Shown piece by piece: positions 50,101-60,546 of a stretch of 64,000 nt of DNA. The notes beneath the pieces were generated by a model. The model saw nothing but the letters and a program-made list of their open reading frames with translations. It was not told the DNA's origin and ran no database searches. The stretch is taken from IMG/VR virus record IMGVR_UViG_3300024270_000041; one strand, 5' to 3'. The position numbers were made by a program, and so were the translations under genes. The first letter of the stretch is position 1, and every line of letters starts with the position of its first letter. The DNA comes from an uncultured virus (IMG/VR IMGVR_UViG_3300024270_000041). Lineage: Duplodnaviria; Heunggongvirae; Uroviricota; Caudoviricetes.

Positions 50101-50790
50101 TTAAATGAGACGTCTAAAGCACTCCTCAATCTTGTCCTTGACTTTAGAGAAGTCGCTTACTGATGCTACGAACTTATCGGCAAACATAGCCATTCTGTCA
50201 ATCGCATAGTTGAGATTATATCGCTCAACTTTCTTAAAGATATTAATATCTCCATGAGACAGTATGGATTTACGAGAATCGACTATTTTGTTGATTTGGT
50301 AATATACATCATGTCGATGTTCATATACGACGAATCTGCAGAATACTAACAGTGCGTAGTAATTTTTATATTCCTTATTGATAGGCATTGCCATATCTCG
50401 GGCATAGTGCCACTGTTCGTTGATGAACTCTGATATATACATCATACGGTTCTTATTAATATCATCTATCACTCTGTCCGTAATAGATTCGAGCTGGTCG
50501 AGCTGGTCGATATATTTAGACCTAGCATCGTTACCATCAGTTATTGATAATATATTACGCATAGTATCTGTATACTCACCATGATACCAAGATAGGTTTA
50601 TAGTTGTATCTTTCTTAAAGGTCTTCTTACTGAGAGTAGCGAATTCCTTATCGAGTTTCTTGTTAAGGTGGATAGTAAACGGGTCATCTCTAAATACCGT
50701 ATCCATGAGTTTCATGTATACGTCATATTCCTTAAGGGATGTCGGGTCATGATACCCACGCATGATTAAACTACTAGACATTTTATTCAT
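50101..50790 (-). CDS. Late hypothetical protein
   Basis: 229 aa; late promoter 50826-50815; AAGGAG RBS. Confidence 0.7.
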   Translation of the reverse strand: MNKMSSSLIMRGYHDPTSLKEYDVYMKLMDTVFRDDPFTIHLNKKLDKEFATLSKKTFKKDTTINLSWYHGEYTDTMRNILSITDGNDARSKYIDQLDQLESITDRVIDDINKNRMMYISEFINEQWHYARDMAMPINKEYKNYYALLVFCRFVVYEHRHDVYYQINKIVDSRKSILSHGDINIFKKVERYNLNYAIDRMAMFADKFVASVSDFSKVKDKIEECFRRLI

Positions 50791-50871
50791 CTCCTTCCAC
50801 TAATATGTTAGAATTACTCGGTTGTTTCCCGAACCTTCATATAATGAGTTTATAATAAAGGAGGAATCTAA

Positions 50872-51627
50872 ATGGCTAATGCTCCATTATGGACAATCCA
50901 GCAACTCATTCAGCTTATTAAAGATGACCTTGAGTTGCACGATTTACCTAATACTATTACAGATGAAATGATTATAGAGCGTATACAGCAGAGTTCTCTT
51001 AAGGAGTTCTCTATTGTATACCCAAGATTCGAGAAGTTCAGACTCAGCTTTGGTGACCTCGTTAATCCAGAGATTCGATTTCATAACCGTTCACGTGGAC
51101 TTGAGTATTATATACCCAAATACTTCTTGATGCAGTATACTCCGGTTACACTCATAGATGTCGAACCATATACACATAAAGACTTCTATGGGGACGTTCT
51201 CCCATATGCACTTGGATATGAACCTGCTGGTTTAATTACAGATATCGCAGGTATCAAGGGGATGGCTGGGATGGCTGGCAATCTGGCGAATTCACCTACA
51301 CCAGATTATGATAGTGCTCGTCAGACTATCACTATATATAACGGTTATAGTGAAGGATTATATGAGGTAACTATGGGTGTAGCTCATGACATCAACCTCA
51401 GAACCATTCCAACTACAGCAATGGTGACATTCCGAGAACTTGCTACAAACGACGTTGGTGCATACATATATAGCAAGATATTCCGTAAGGACGGCATCGA
51501 AACTGGCGTTGGTAATATTACACTCAATATCGACAACCTGAGAGAATGTAAGTCCAGATATAAGGAAATGATGAAGGAACTTGCAGATGAAGCAGTTCTT
51601 GATATGGATACAATCGAATTCTTTTAA
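50872..51627 (+). CDS. Probable neck/head-completion protein (T4 gp13-like)
   Basis: Late promoter 50832-50843. N-terminal LIQLIKDDL...ITDEMI and the C-terminal helix pattern resemble gp13 adaptors. Inferred. Confidence 0.5.
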   Translation: MANAPLWTIQQLIQLIKDDLELHDLPNTITDEMIIERIQQSSLKEFSIVYPRFEKFRLSFGDLVNPEIRFHNRSRGLEYYIPKYFLMQYTPVTLIDVEPYTHKDFYGDVLPYALGYEPAGLITDIAGIKGMAGMAGNLANSPTPDYDSARQTITIYNGYSEGLYEVTMGVAHDINLRTIPTTAMVTFRELATNDVGAYIYSKIFRKDGIETGVGNITLNIDNLRECKSRYKEMMKELADEAVLDMDTIEFF

Positions 51628-51665
51628 TTTAATCCCAGTAAGGCATATGCCTTACTGGGATATTT

Positions 51666-52655
51666 TTATGTAGGGTTACCTAAGTTCTTACCCACATATG
51701 TAGTTACTACTGAATAATTATGAGAGACTCTCATACAAATCTGAGATAAGTTGTAAATATACTGACTTGCAAACTGACAGTTGTTTGCGATCTCTGGATT
51801 AGTAGCAACATCTGGGTCACTGCTCCAGTTCTTAATAGTGTTACTGAAAGCTTCATAGAATTGTGCGGACTTCTCAATAGCATGTGCACGCTTCTCAATC
51901 TTTCGTAAGAATGCACCTACTGCAGGAATACCGTCTCTACAGTAGCAAATGATATTACCAGCATGACGCTTAAGAAGGTTCACGATGACTTCCTTAACCG
52001 TAGAGTGTAATCCATGTCCCTGGGACTTAGTAGCACTTGCAAGAGCTGTGAGCACACCATTCTTATACATGGTTTGTATCTTAGTAACATGAGTATTGCA
52101 GCTATCTGCAAGAGTTCTCATTCTGTCCATATCAACACGGGTCTGACCGAAGTCTGATGGAGGATTACGAGGTGTAAATCCTTTAAGTGTGGATATGGTC
52201 GAACGCTCGTATCCAGCAAGTTCATTGTCTTTGCTTATAAGCTTCTCAGCTTCTGCAGCGATATCACTAAATGCTTTCTTGACATTAGTCATGAGTACAG
52301 TTAGGATATTATTGAGTACGGTCGCACCCTTGTCAATATCGGCATCAGATACATTATTATCAACGGTACCATTATATGTACTAAGCCCAGGTATTGCCGA
52401 GATATCAAGGGTTTCACGTTCAGTCTTTGCTGTTTTATTAAGTATCTTACGATACTCCATGAGAACCAATTCGGATGCAGCATCTGCACGCTGAGATGGC
52501 ATCAGGAGCTTCTGAATCATAAGTATAATCTTGCGGACGAACTCCTTAATCTTAGCTACTACTGAGAGTATCATATTCTGAAGCTTCTTAAAGAAACCGG
52601 TCTTGGTTGGGGTGGCAGGAAATATACCATCCTGAGCTAAAACTTCAGCAGACAT
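51666..52655 (-). CDS. Probable internal head protein
   Basis: Amphipathic FFKKLQNMILSVVAKIKEFVRKII helix typical of phiKZ-like inner head proteins; tandem with the next gene. Confidence 0.5.
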   Translation of the reverse strand: MSAEVLAQDGIFPATPTKTGFFKKLQNMILSVVAKIKEFVRKIILMIQKLLMPSQRADAASELVLMEYRKILNKTAKTERETLDISAIPGLSTYNGTVDNNVSDADIDKGATVLNNILTVLMTNVKKAFSDIAAEAEKLISKDNELAGYERSTISTLKGFTPRNPPSDFGQTRVDMDRMRTLADSCNTHVTKIQTMYKNGVLTALASATKSQGHGLHSTVKEVIVNLLKRHAGNIICYCRDGIPAVGAFLRKIEKRAHAIEKSAQFYEAFSNTIKNWSSDPDVATNPEIANNCQFASQYIYNLSQICMRVSHNYSVVTTYVGKNLGNPT

Positions 52656-52729
52656 TATTATACCTCCTTATTACAGAAAATAACCAGAGAACCGAAGTTC
52701 TCTGGTTATGAATATAATCACGATGAATA

Positions 52730-54091
52730 TTAGTCGTGAAGCTTGTCAATATCATTAGTGTTCTGAGCACCCTTAAGGATGAACTTTCTCTTTGTCTCGG
52801 TAGTAAAGAAGCCGAGGCTGACACATTCATTGAGATTTCTTGCCATTCTCTGGAATACTACAGAGGATTCCTTATAAATCTTACAGGATTCGTAAGCAAT
52901 CTTGGCAGGTGTGTTATCAGTCATTCTGTTCTTCACAGCATTCATGATAAAGTCACATTCCTTGACATTATCCTGGCATACCTTCTCAACCTTTTCTACT
53001 GCAGTGAGAGCTCTGTCGATAACAGCGCCTTTTTCTACGAAATGTGCTTTAGCAAGGATTTTTGATACCTTCTGAGACAGTGTGAGCTTATTGTTAACGG
53101 AATCCTTCTTATTGCCGCTTACGAGACGATCGTTGTCACGCTCTTTCTGCCATTCTTCTTCAGCCTTTTTATCGGCCTCAGATTTTTCATCCTCCTTGGA
53201 CTTGCCATGTTCCTTCTTAGACAGAGTGTCTTTACCACTGCCATCTTCTTTGGTAAATGTGATGGCGTCACCCTTAGCAGCGAGACGTTCGATGAGTTTA
53301 TTATACTGAGCTGTAATCTCTGCTACCGCAGATTCGAGAGCTTCATCAACCTTCTTCATATTATCAAGCTGAATTCTGACATGCTGAAGCTCTTTATCAG
53401 CAGCCACTCTCTTAGCATTCATATCAGAACCGTCGAAGGAACCGCTGAACTTTTCTTCATATGCACGTGCAGCAGCAATTGCCTTATCGCCACCTTCACG
53501 CTTCTCCTTATTTGTCTGAATGGAATCAGAATTGGAGAAACTGTGACCTTCGCTCTGCGCAGCCTTAATTGCAGCAGATACCTTCTTACAGATATTTTCA
53601 ATAGCCTTACAGTCTGTTTCAACAGATGTGTTGAGGATATTGAATACCTTATCCGCTGACGCTCTGACATCACGTGCCTCAGCACAAATATCTTTTTCAG
53701 CTTCAGTCAACTGCTGTCCCTTTGCAGCATTAAGGGTACTGTTAACCTTGGCTCTCTTTTCCTTGAACTTAGCAGCCAGTGTAGTGAACATATTCTTGAT
53801 TGCACCGATAATACCGCTGATTGCCTTTCCGATCTTAGAGCCTGTTGTTTCACCGGCAGCTTCAGTGGCCGCAGATGCTACAGGACCCTGAGTATCTGTG
53901 AAAAGTGTGGCAAGGAAATCATCGCTGTCTGTTGCAGATTCGTTCGCTGGGATAGCAAAACCGGCTGCCTCGTCGCGAGAGTAATCACTTGCAAGATAAT
54001 CTGGAGTAATGTCGTTTTCAACTTCGAAAAGTGTGATTGCAGATTCGAGTGCAATCAGGTCGAGAGAGAAATTATCGAACATTGCATTCAT
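52730..54091 (-). CDS. Probable internal head protein with cleaved propeptide
   Basis: Acidic leader with IALES, PANES and AATEA, then KIGKAISGIIGAIKNMF; next to the prohead protease. Confidence 0.6.
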   Translation of the reverse strand: MNAMFDNFSLDLIALESAITLFEVENDITPDYLASDYSRDEAAGFAIPANESATDSDDFLATLFTDTQGPVASAATEAAGETTGSKIGKAISGIIGAIKNMFTTLAAKFKEKRAKVNSTLNAAKGQQLTEAEKDICAEARDVRASADKVFNILNTSVETDCKAIENICKKVSAAIKAAQSEGHSFSNSDSIQTNKEKREGGDKAIAAARAYEEKFSGSFDGSDMNAKRVAADKELQHVRIQLDNMKKVDEALESAVAEITAQYNKLIERLAAKGDAITFTKEDGSGKDTLSKKEHGKSKEDEKSEADKKAEEEWQKERDNDRLVSGNKKDSVNNKLTLSQKVSKILAKAHFVEKGAVIDRALTAVEKVEKVCQDNVKECDFIMNAVKNRMTDNTPAKIAYESCKIYKESSVVFQRMARNLNECVSLGFFTTETKRKFILKGAQNTNDIDKLHD

Positions 54092-54175
54092 GATTTATTA
54101 CCTCATTTCTTATAAGATTTGATTTGAATTGATCATATTCTCATATCGAAATACGTCATTCATTACATTTTATGT

Positions 54176-55057
54176 TTACCATTTTCTCATCAAATGGTTT
54201 ATATCCCTTCTGAGGGAATCCTCGAGTGGGATAAATACGTGACCATTAGCAGTACCTACGGAGAACAGGCCGGAACTGTCAATAGTTGCAGATTCCATAG
54301 CTGGCTCAAGACCATCAAGTACATACTTACAGTTATCACTTAAGTTGTATATGTCTCCTGCAATCTCATCGAGAGATATACCAATAGAGACGGAAGATTC
54401 GGAAGCACCGGAAAGTTTATTGACTTTCTTATTGGTGATTTCGAAGCTCTTGCTACAATCGGCAAAAGCAGTGGGGTCAGATGGGTATATAACCCTGTCC
54501 CAACAAATAACACGACCAGGACCAACTACATCTATATGACCATCAGGAGTTTTAGCCTGAGGGACGATTGAACGTACACTTACAGATGGAATCAATCCCT
54601 GGAGGATGCTACGACGGAACTTATCGCCTGGTCCATTACCATCGTCAAGAGTCTGAAGCACACCATAGCATGCATTTTCACCATCCCATTCGATAGATTT
54701 GAGGACCAGACACATGTTGTCTGGATCAATTGTAAGTAATCTTTCCATACTGAGTTTTGCACCCTGGGTCTGTACAATCGGGTGACCGGCTTCACCAGGT
54801 ACACCGCCCTTTTCATAGAGCTGTTGTCTAAACCATGGATGCATCAGGGTCTGTCTAAAGTGGTTAGCAACCCACTTACGTCCATTACGGTTATAGCTAC
54901 CGAATGAAAGCAAACACTGACGCCACTCAATATAATTGGACTCGCTGTTTTCGGATTTTGGATCACCTATGATTTCGAACTTCTGTTCGTCACCACGGGG
55001 AGCCTCTTCGATTACAGCATAATACTGAAAAGATTTAGTATTCGCCATGTATCCCAT
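54176..55057 (-). CDS. Prohead core protease (T4 gp21/phiKZ gp175-like)
   Basis: Motifs NRNGR, GEAGHP, PSVSVRS and WDRVIYPS; C-terminal ASES/PAMES are likely self-cleavage sites. Confidence 0.9.
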   Translation of the reverse strand: MGYMANTKSFQYYAVIEEAPRGDEQKFEIIGDPKSENSESNYIEWRQCLLSFGSYNRNGRKWVANHFRQTLMHPWFRQQLYEKGGVPGEAGHPIVQTQGAKLSMERLLTIDPDNMCLVLKSIEWDGENACYGVLQTLDDGNGPGDKFRRSILQGLIPSVSVRSIVPQAKTPDGHIDVVGPGRVICWDRVIYPSDPTAFADCSKSFEITNKKVNKLSGASESSVSIGISLDEIAGDIYNLSDNCKYVLDGLEPAMESATIDSSGLFSVGTANGHVFIPLEDSLRRDINHLMRKW

Positions 55058-55118
55058 CCTTTCTGTATAGACTTTACTTCTATGTTCGTATGTAATACTT
55101 ACGCCGCTTATTTATAGA

Positions 55119-55151
55119 CCGTAATTTCCTCCTAGACCGGGTATATATCAT
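55119..55151 (+). promoter_or_regulatory. Bipartite early-type promoter CCGTAAT-N16-TATATATCAT
   Basis: Conserved motif and spacing; upstream of the AcrIII-1 gene. Confidence 0.7.
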
Positions 55152-55236
55152 ATTAGTAGAAATATAAGAGATATCGCTAAGTTATAGGGCACTTAGCGAC
55201 GTATAAAAATAGCCCTTCATAGTAGGAGGTAATACT

Positions 55237-55632
55237 ATGAGAAACGTACTTGCAAACGCATTATCGCTCAATATGTTCAACCGTATGGTTCCAATGGATA
55301 ACGATTATGGATATGCTGGTTTCGGTATATCCGTAAAAGAGGTACGTCCAGAGGACGTGCCAAGGGACTGTGTGTCCATTATAGGACACACCGACACCGC
55401 TGCGGTGGTGTCATCAATGCTGGGATTTAATGTCCCAGCAAACCGAATAGCCCATACAATAGAGAACGGTGACGTTCTCTTTGTGGCCCAGTACACGGGG
55501 CCACGACTCCCCGAGGGAGCCTCGAGGCTCCCTGAAGGAGGCATTATCCGGTTCTACCGGGTAATGGAAGTCGATCCGATACCCGACAACAACGGCTGTA
55601 TCGGAGAAAGGAGGTTTTTCGTCGGCGAGTAA
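55237..55632 (+). CDS. acrIII-1: AcrIII-1 / DUF1874 (STIV B116/YddF-like) cA4 ring nuclease anti-CRISPR
   Basis: Family signature LANALSLNM, SIIGHTDTA (catalytic His), VPANR and AQY.GPRLPEG. Confidence 0.88.
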   Translation: MRNVLANALSLNMFNRMVPMDNDYGYAGFGISVKEVRPEDVPRDCVSIIGHTDTAAVVSSMLGFNVPANRIAHTIENGDVLFVAQYTGPRLPEGASRLPEGGIIRFYRVMEVDPIPDNNGCIGERRFFVGE

Positions 55633-55747
55633 TTGCCGACGAATACCAATACCAGGAGACGTGTCTCCTGGTATTTTTTTTGCTTTTAGAAGCACCAATT
55701 CCAAAACCTCTATATAATCAATTCCTAACAGAAGGAGGTATAATATA

Positions 55748-57622
55748 ATGGCCGATATGAATGCTGTCTATAAAGATAGATTACATAGTAAAGCTGATTA
55801 TCTGATGCAGTTATCCGACCCTAAGTTGGCTAATGAATTCATTACAAGTGGAATGCATTGCGAGTATCTTAAAGAGTATACCGATAAAATCGTAAAAGAT
55901 GATGACGGTATATGTGCCTGGACGCTCAGAACTATGATGCAGTCTGCTATTGATAACTCCAATATATTATGGAATCAGCCTCGATACCTGGTACCACTTA
56001 TCAGATATTACGAATCTTTGATTAATACCCCAGCTATCGGTGGGGTATCTGATTCAGATGGTAGAATGCCAGAGGTTGCTTACCAATACACATTGTGCAA
56101 AATATTTAGATGGCTTAGTCCATCTAAATTTCTTCAGGCGGTTACTAAGTTTAACCTTGGTAACGATCTGCTGGCAAGCTCATTTACTGAACTTATCAGA
56201 AGTGCTGTCGATGCTAATGATGGTGATAACTATGAGGATTACACAAGTGACATCGAAGTTCTGCACGAAGTACTCCTTAATGATATCACACCAGTTCACC
56301 GTGTCGAGAAAATGTTCCATACCGGTAATATGGGTAATCTTGATATAACACATATTTCTTTTGATGCGTGGGGACTTTCCGATAGAGTACCTGAAGCATC
56401 ACAGACTCAGGGAGAGCCTTTAATATTTGGAGATTCCGAGTATAATCTTGCAGTAATTAAACTTCTCTTCCGTGAATATGTAATCTCTGAATGGGACTTA
56501 TTTGCTAAGAATTCAGATGTCTCCAGATTCAGCAGGGAAGAACTCAACATCGTTCGTCAGATGTTACAGTCAATGTACAATGTAGAATGTGACGATACAT
56601 ATATTCGTGATAGAGCATTCACTACTATAGAAATGCTTAGGAACGATACAGAGTATTCGATATTCCCATTAATGCAGACTATGATTCTCGCGGTAGGTAA
56701 GTTTATCGAAAGATTCGCTGTAGTATTATTCCCAGATATGACTCATAAGGATATGAAGTTTACCCTCAACGTTAGACGTTTCGCTTCTGCAATTACCGAT
56801 ATGAAATCTGGTAGGGAAGCCGAGAAGTATGAAGACATTAAAGGTACTATGGAAGGTGCATTACTCGAGCTCGATGAACTCATGCTGGATGAACCAGTTG
56901 AAACTGTGGCAAGGGTCATCCCAGTATATAATCCTTTTGGTATCATGACAATAGTGCCAGCTACCGAAGCGACCAAAAAGAGCCAGGCTCTCGAGTCCGA
57001 ACCAGAAACTCGTACGAAGACTCAGCAGAAGTCAATCGACAAGCGAAATGATAAAGACACCTCACGAGAAGAGCGCTTGCACCAGGCTGCTGCCAATATA
57101 CGTTCGGGAGTCCGTAAGGGTTATAATGACTACAAACGCTATACTGCAAATGCAAAAGCCATCGATACACAGGTTGGTAAGATTTTTAAGAATCTCTCCA
57201 AGAAAATCACCAATACTGATGGTGAAAAATACCGTGAGGAGATACTCGGTGGTAAGGAACCATCACCACTTAAGGTTCTTGGAAAGGTACTTGCATACGC
57301 AGGCGTATTTTCCGCAAACCCGGTACTCGGCATCATAGCACTGGTAACCAGACATTATAATGGTAAGAAGACAAGACGTGTGGAACGTCGTAAGGCAATG
57401 GTCGAGCTTCAGAACGAGATGAAGCTTCTCGATGAGAAGATTGCCGATGCCCAGGCTGCTGGTGATAGAAAAGCCAAGTATGAACTGATGCGTGTCCGTA
57501 ACGCATTGGATTCATCATATGATTCAATCAGGACTAATATGAGTAGAACTCCTGATAAGGATTTGCTTGCTACTAAGAAGTCACTGATTAATGTGGAGGT
57601 GAATGCAGGTGGCAACAAGTAA
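55748..57622 (+). CDS. Late virion head-associated protein
   Basis: Late promoter 55705-55716; PATEA/ALES sites precede a basic C-terminal domain; in the capsid operon. Confidence 0.6.
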   Translation: MADMNAVYKDRLHSKADYLMQLSDPKLANEFITSGMHCEYLKEYTDKIVKDDDGICAWTLRTMMQSAIDNSNILWNQPRYLVPLIRYYESLINTPAIGGVSDSDGRMPEVAYQYTLCKIFRWLSPSKFLQAVTKFNLGNDLLASSFTELIRSAVDANDGDNYEDYTSDIEVLHEVLLNDITPVHRVEKMFHTGNMGNLDITHISFDAWGLSDRVPEASQTQGEPLIFGDSEYNLAVIKLLFREYVISEWDLFAKNSDVSRFSREELNIVRQMLQSMYNVECDDTYIRDRAFTTIEMLRNDTEYSIFPLMQTMILAVGKFIERFAVVLFPDMTHKDMKFTLNVRRFASAITDMKSGREAEKYEDIKGTMEGALLELDELMLDEPVETVARVIPVYNPFGIMTIVPATEATKKSQALESEPETRTKTQQKSIDKRNDKDTSREERLHQAAANIRSGVRKGYNDYKRYTANAKAIDTQVGKIFKNLSKKITNTDGEKYREEILGGKEPSPLKVLGKVLAYAGVFSANPVLGIIALVTRHYNGKKTRRVERRKAMVELQNEMKLLDEKIADAQAAGDRKAKYELMRVRNALDSSYDSIRTNMSRTPDKDLLATKKSLINVEVNAGGNK

Positions 57623-58436
57623 TTTTTTTGTACAACTCAATGATGCTGAAGAATCGGGCATAATGCCCGATCTGTTCGGCGATGACGATATGTATCCTGC
57701 AATGGAAGGTCTCGATGATGACTTAGATAGACTCGGTCAAGTCGATGGTTCAGCAGAAGCCGAAGCTGAGGCGAGTGCTGATGCTGAAACTGAAGCAGAT
57801 ACCACTGAATCTGAAGAACCTGCGGAAGATGATGTTGGTGAAGAAGCTCCAGATGACGAAGGTGGAGAGACCGAAGACCTTGCAGCTGCTACTGATGAAC
57901 AGCTTGAGGAAGATGGCGAAGCTGTTGATACTTCAGCTACACCAGATGACGAAGGTGGAGACCTTGACACTAACGATGATTCGTCAGATACTGATTTAAC
58001 AAATACTGCTTCTGACCCGCTTCGTAGTGTGGCTGTTAAAGAAGCATATCGTACCAAATTCCTGAAACTATATACTATTATTATAGACTCAGTAACCACT
58101 ATGAATACCTTTACCCCAGAGTATACTAACTCTGAGAGTAAGAAGTATTATAGACTTCGTGAACAGCTCAACGAACTCAAGGAACTTATCTACATCATCT
58201 GTACTAAGAAGTTATCTGCAATGACAGTCGATGAAGTTCTTCGTAAGTATTCATTATGTAATATGACATATGATGCTATTACAAATGAGATGAAGGAGTT
58301 CATTGAAGCGTATAATAGACAGCAAAAGAAGGCTCAGACAAAGGACAGAAGCGAGCGTGCTAAAGAGGGTGCTAGACGTATTGCTAGTAGCCTTAATTAT
58401 GAAAGCATATCGAAACGTCCAAATACAACAAAGTAA
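57603..58436 (+). CDS. Acidic scaffold/prohead core-like protein
   Basis: Highly acidic low-complexity N-half with PAMEG, coiled C-half; directly upstream of the capsid gene. Confidence 0.5.
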   Translation: MQVATSNFFVQLNDAEESGIMPDLFGDDDMYPAMEGLDDDLDRLGQVDGSAEAEAEASADAETEADTTESEEPAEDDVGEEAPDDEGGETEDLAAATDEQLEEDGEAVDTSATPDDEGGDLDTNDDSSDTDLTNTASDPLRSVAVKEAYRTKFLKLYTIIIDSVTTMNTFTPEYTNSESKKYYRLREQLNELKELIYIICTKKLSAMTVDEVLRKYSLCNMTYDAITNEMKEFIEAYNRQQKKAQTKDRSERAKEGARRIASSLNYESISKRPNTTK

Positions 58437-58558
58437 GTAAAATACACTTTCTCAGTCGTATATTTAGAGTATCTTCACAAATGCTTTAATTAAACAGTCA
58501 TGTAAATACGATTAGAAACGTATAATAAATTCTATAGAAATGAGGAGGAATTTAAACC

Positions 58559-60409
58559 ATGATTAATTCCACAGTAAATTCTCTTGTTGGAACAATGTCA
58601 CCGGTTGCTGCTTCACAGGCTTTCAAAGATGACGTAGCTCACGTTATCCAGTCCTATGATCTGCAGGGCGGCAGTGCCATTGACAACATGCCTGTTATCG
58701 CAAGAAACAGCAGATGCCGTAGAGACTTCGTTGATATGGTAATGGAGTCCGTTGTAAACGATCCACAGCTTGCTTCTGGCGATGCTTCTCAGGATCCATT
58801 CTATTCTACATATGCTGACAGACTCGACCAGCTCCTTGAGAACTCTCTTATGGAAATGGCTCGTGAATCTGTTATGACAGGTTATGCTCCTATCCAGTCT
58901 TATGCACCATTCATGCTTAAGAGACAGTGGGTATCCTGCGTATGGAAGGACGTTCTTGCAGCAGACGTTGCTAAGTCCAATATCATCAAACTTCAGATGG
59001 AAGAAAGATGGGTAAAGGATGCTGAAGGTCAGAGATACAGAATCCCTGATGTATACTACAACAAGGATCTCATGGCTAAGCTCTTCAACGATGCTACAGG
59101 TATCAACCTTAAGCACGGCGAAGAAGACTTTATCGAACTTCCACTCCAGAACGAATGCCTTATCGCTCCTGATAAGAATTACTTCGAATCTGCTATCACT
59201 AACCCTAATTCCGAGACACTTACACATGATTATACAATCTTTGAAGTAGTATTCGAAATCGGCGGCAAGGAATACAGAGTTCCATGTGATATCAAGCCTG
59301 ACCTCTCTTCTCACGTACTCATCAACGGCAACAATGTTAAGTGCGTATACGAAGATGAAAACGGTGAAATCAAGTCCGAAACAGACTCCATTGTTGGTAA
59401 TGTTGACTTCCAGACAGGTACAGTATCCGTATTCTCTACAAACGGTCTCATCAAGAAGTTCCGTCACAAGGGCAAGGCTGCTAACCGCTTCAACCACAGA
59501 TCACTCTCCGTTGAGAGAACAATCAAGCCGCTCACATTCTACATGCCAGAATCCGGCCCAAGACTCAACGCTGCAGTAACTATCGAAGAAGCTCAGGACG
59601 CTATCGTTCTTAATAACACAGACCTCTACGCTGATAACACTGATATGATGGGCGACGTTCTCGCTAACCTCCAGGATATCGGCATCAAGTCATTCGTTGA
59701 GAACTCCTATGAAGTTCACAGCAAGGCAATCCAGGGTCCATTCGGCTATGAAGACAACTTCACAGCTTCCGGTTCCTTCAATGCAGTTCCAATTCAGAAC
59801 TTCTCCATCGGTATCGACGCTTGGATGAACCAGGCTAAGGAATACTTTGAGAGAGTCGTTGAAGAGCTTAAGTATAAGCTCAAGACACCTGACATCATCA
59901 TCTGTGCTGTATGTCACCCATCTCTCGTAAGATACCTCAAGGCCGACGTTCGTTGGATCTTCTCTGACCAGACAGATGTATCTGGTGTTAAGCTCGCATA
60001 CAAGGTTGGTGTTACAAACGCTAACGGCGACAGAGTTCACATCATCACATCTACATACATGAGCCCTGAAGACCCAGTAAGACTCATCGTTATCCCAACA
60101 ACAACTGAATGTATCACATTCAAGCATATCATGCACTCCGCTATTATTGACAGAGGTTACCAGAACCCACTCGAGCCACTCGTACCAAACGTAATGGCTA
60201 CTCAGAGAACTCTTACTTTCGAAGTAACTCCAGTTCAGGGTACATTCGAGATTACAGGCAGAGCTGGTAATACAAATTACGTGAATGCTAACGGCTTTAT
60301 GTCCGGTCACGCTCCTAACGAGTACAACGGCGCATTTGTTGTAAACAACACAACAGCTGGTGGTACAGCAACAGGCGGCACAACTACAGATGAAACAACT
60401 GGCGGTTAA
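58559..60409 (+). CDS. Major capsid protein
   Basis: 616 aa with extreme high-expression codon bias, its own late promoter (58493-58504) and terminator, VMES/ARES sites near the N-terminus, and a position near the protease and terminase. Confidence 0.75.
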   Translation: MINSTVNSLVGTMSPVAASQAFKDDVAHVIQSYDLQGGSAIDNMPVIARNSRCRRDFVDMVMESVVNDPQLASGDASQDPFYSTYADRLDQLLENSLMEMARESVMTGYAPIQSYAPFMLKRQWVSCVWKDVLAADVAKSNIIKLQMEERWVKDAEGQRYRIPDVYYNKDLMAKLFNDATGINLKHGEEDFIELPLQNECLIAPDKNYFESAITNPNSETLTHDYTIFEVVFEIGGKEYRVPCDIKPDLSSHVLINGNNVKCVYEDENGEIKSETDSIVGNVDFQTGTVSVFSTNGLIKKFRHKGKAANRFNHRSLSVERTIKPLTFYMPESGPRLNAAVTIEEAQDAIVLNNTDLYADNTDMMGDVLANLQDIGIKSFVENSYEVHSKAIQGPFGYEDNFTASGSFNAVPIQNFSIGIDAWMNQAKEYFERVVEELKYKLKTPDIIICAVCHPSLVRYLKADVRWIFSDQTDVSGVKLAYKVGVTNANGDRVHIITSTYMSPEDPVRLIVIPTTTECITFKHIMHSAIIDRGYQNPLEPLVPNVMATQRTLTFEVTPVQGTFEITGRAGNTNYVNANGFMSGHAPNEYNGAFVVNNTTAGGTATGGTTTDETTGG

Positions 60410-60546
60410 TCCGAGCTGTCTTTCATTTTAAGGCCTCCATTCATATATAGTAAACCCGTAGAACGTTAATTCGTTCTACGGGTTTACACCGTTGTATACC
60501 TCAAAACATTCCTTTAATTACATTCATCCATAAAAGGAGTGATTAG

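Noticed and set aside
58613..60310. 294-aa and 206-aa minus-strand ORFs
   Set aside because: Antisense shadows caused by the strong codon bias of the capsid gene.
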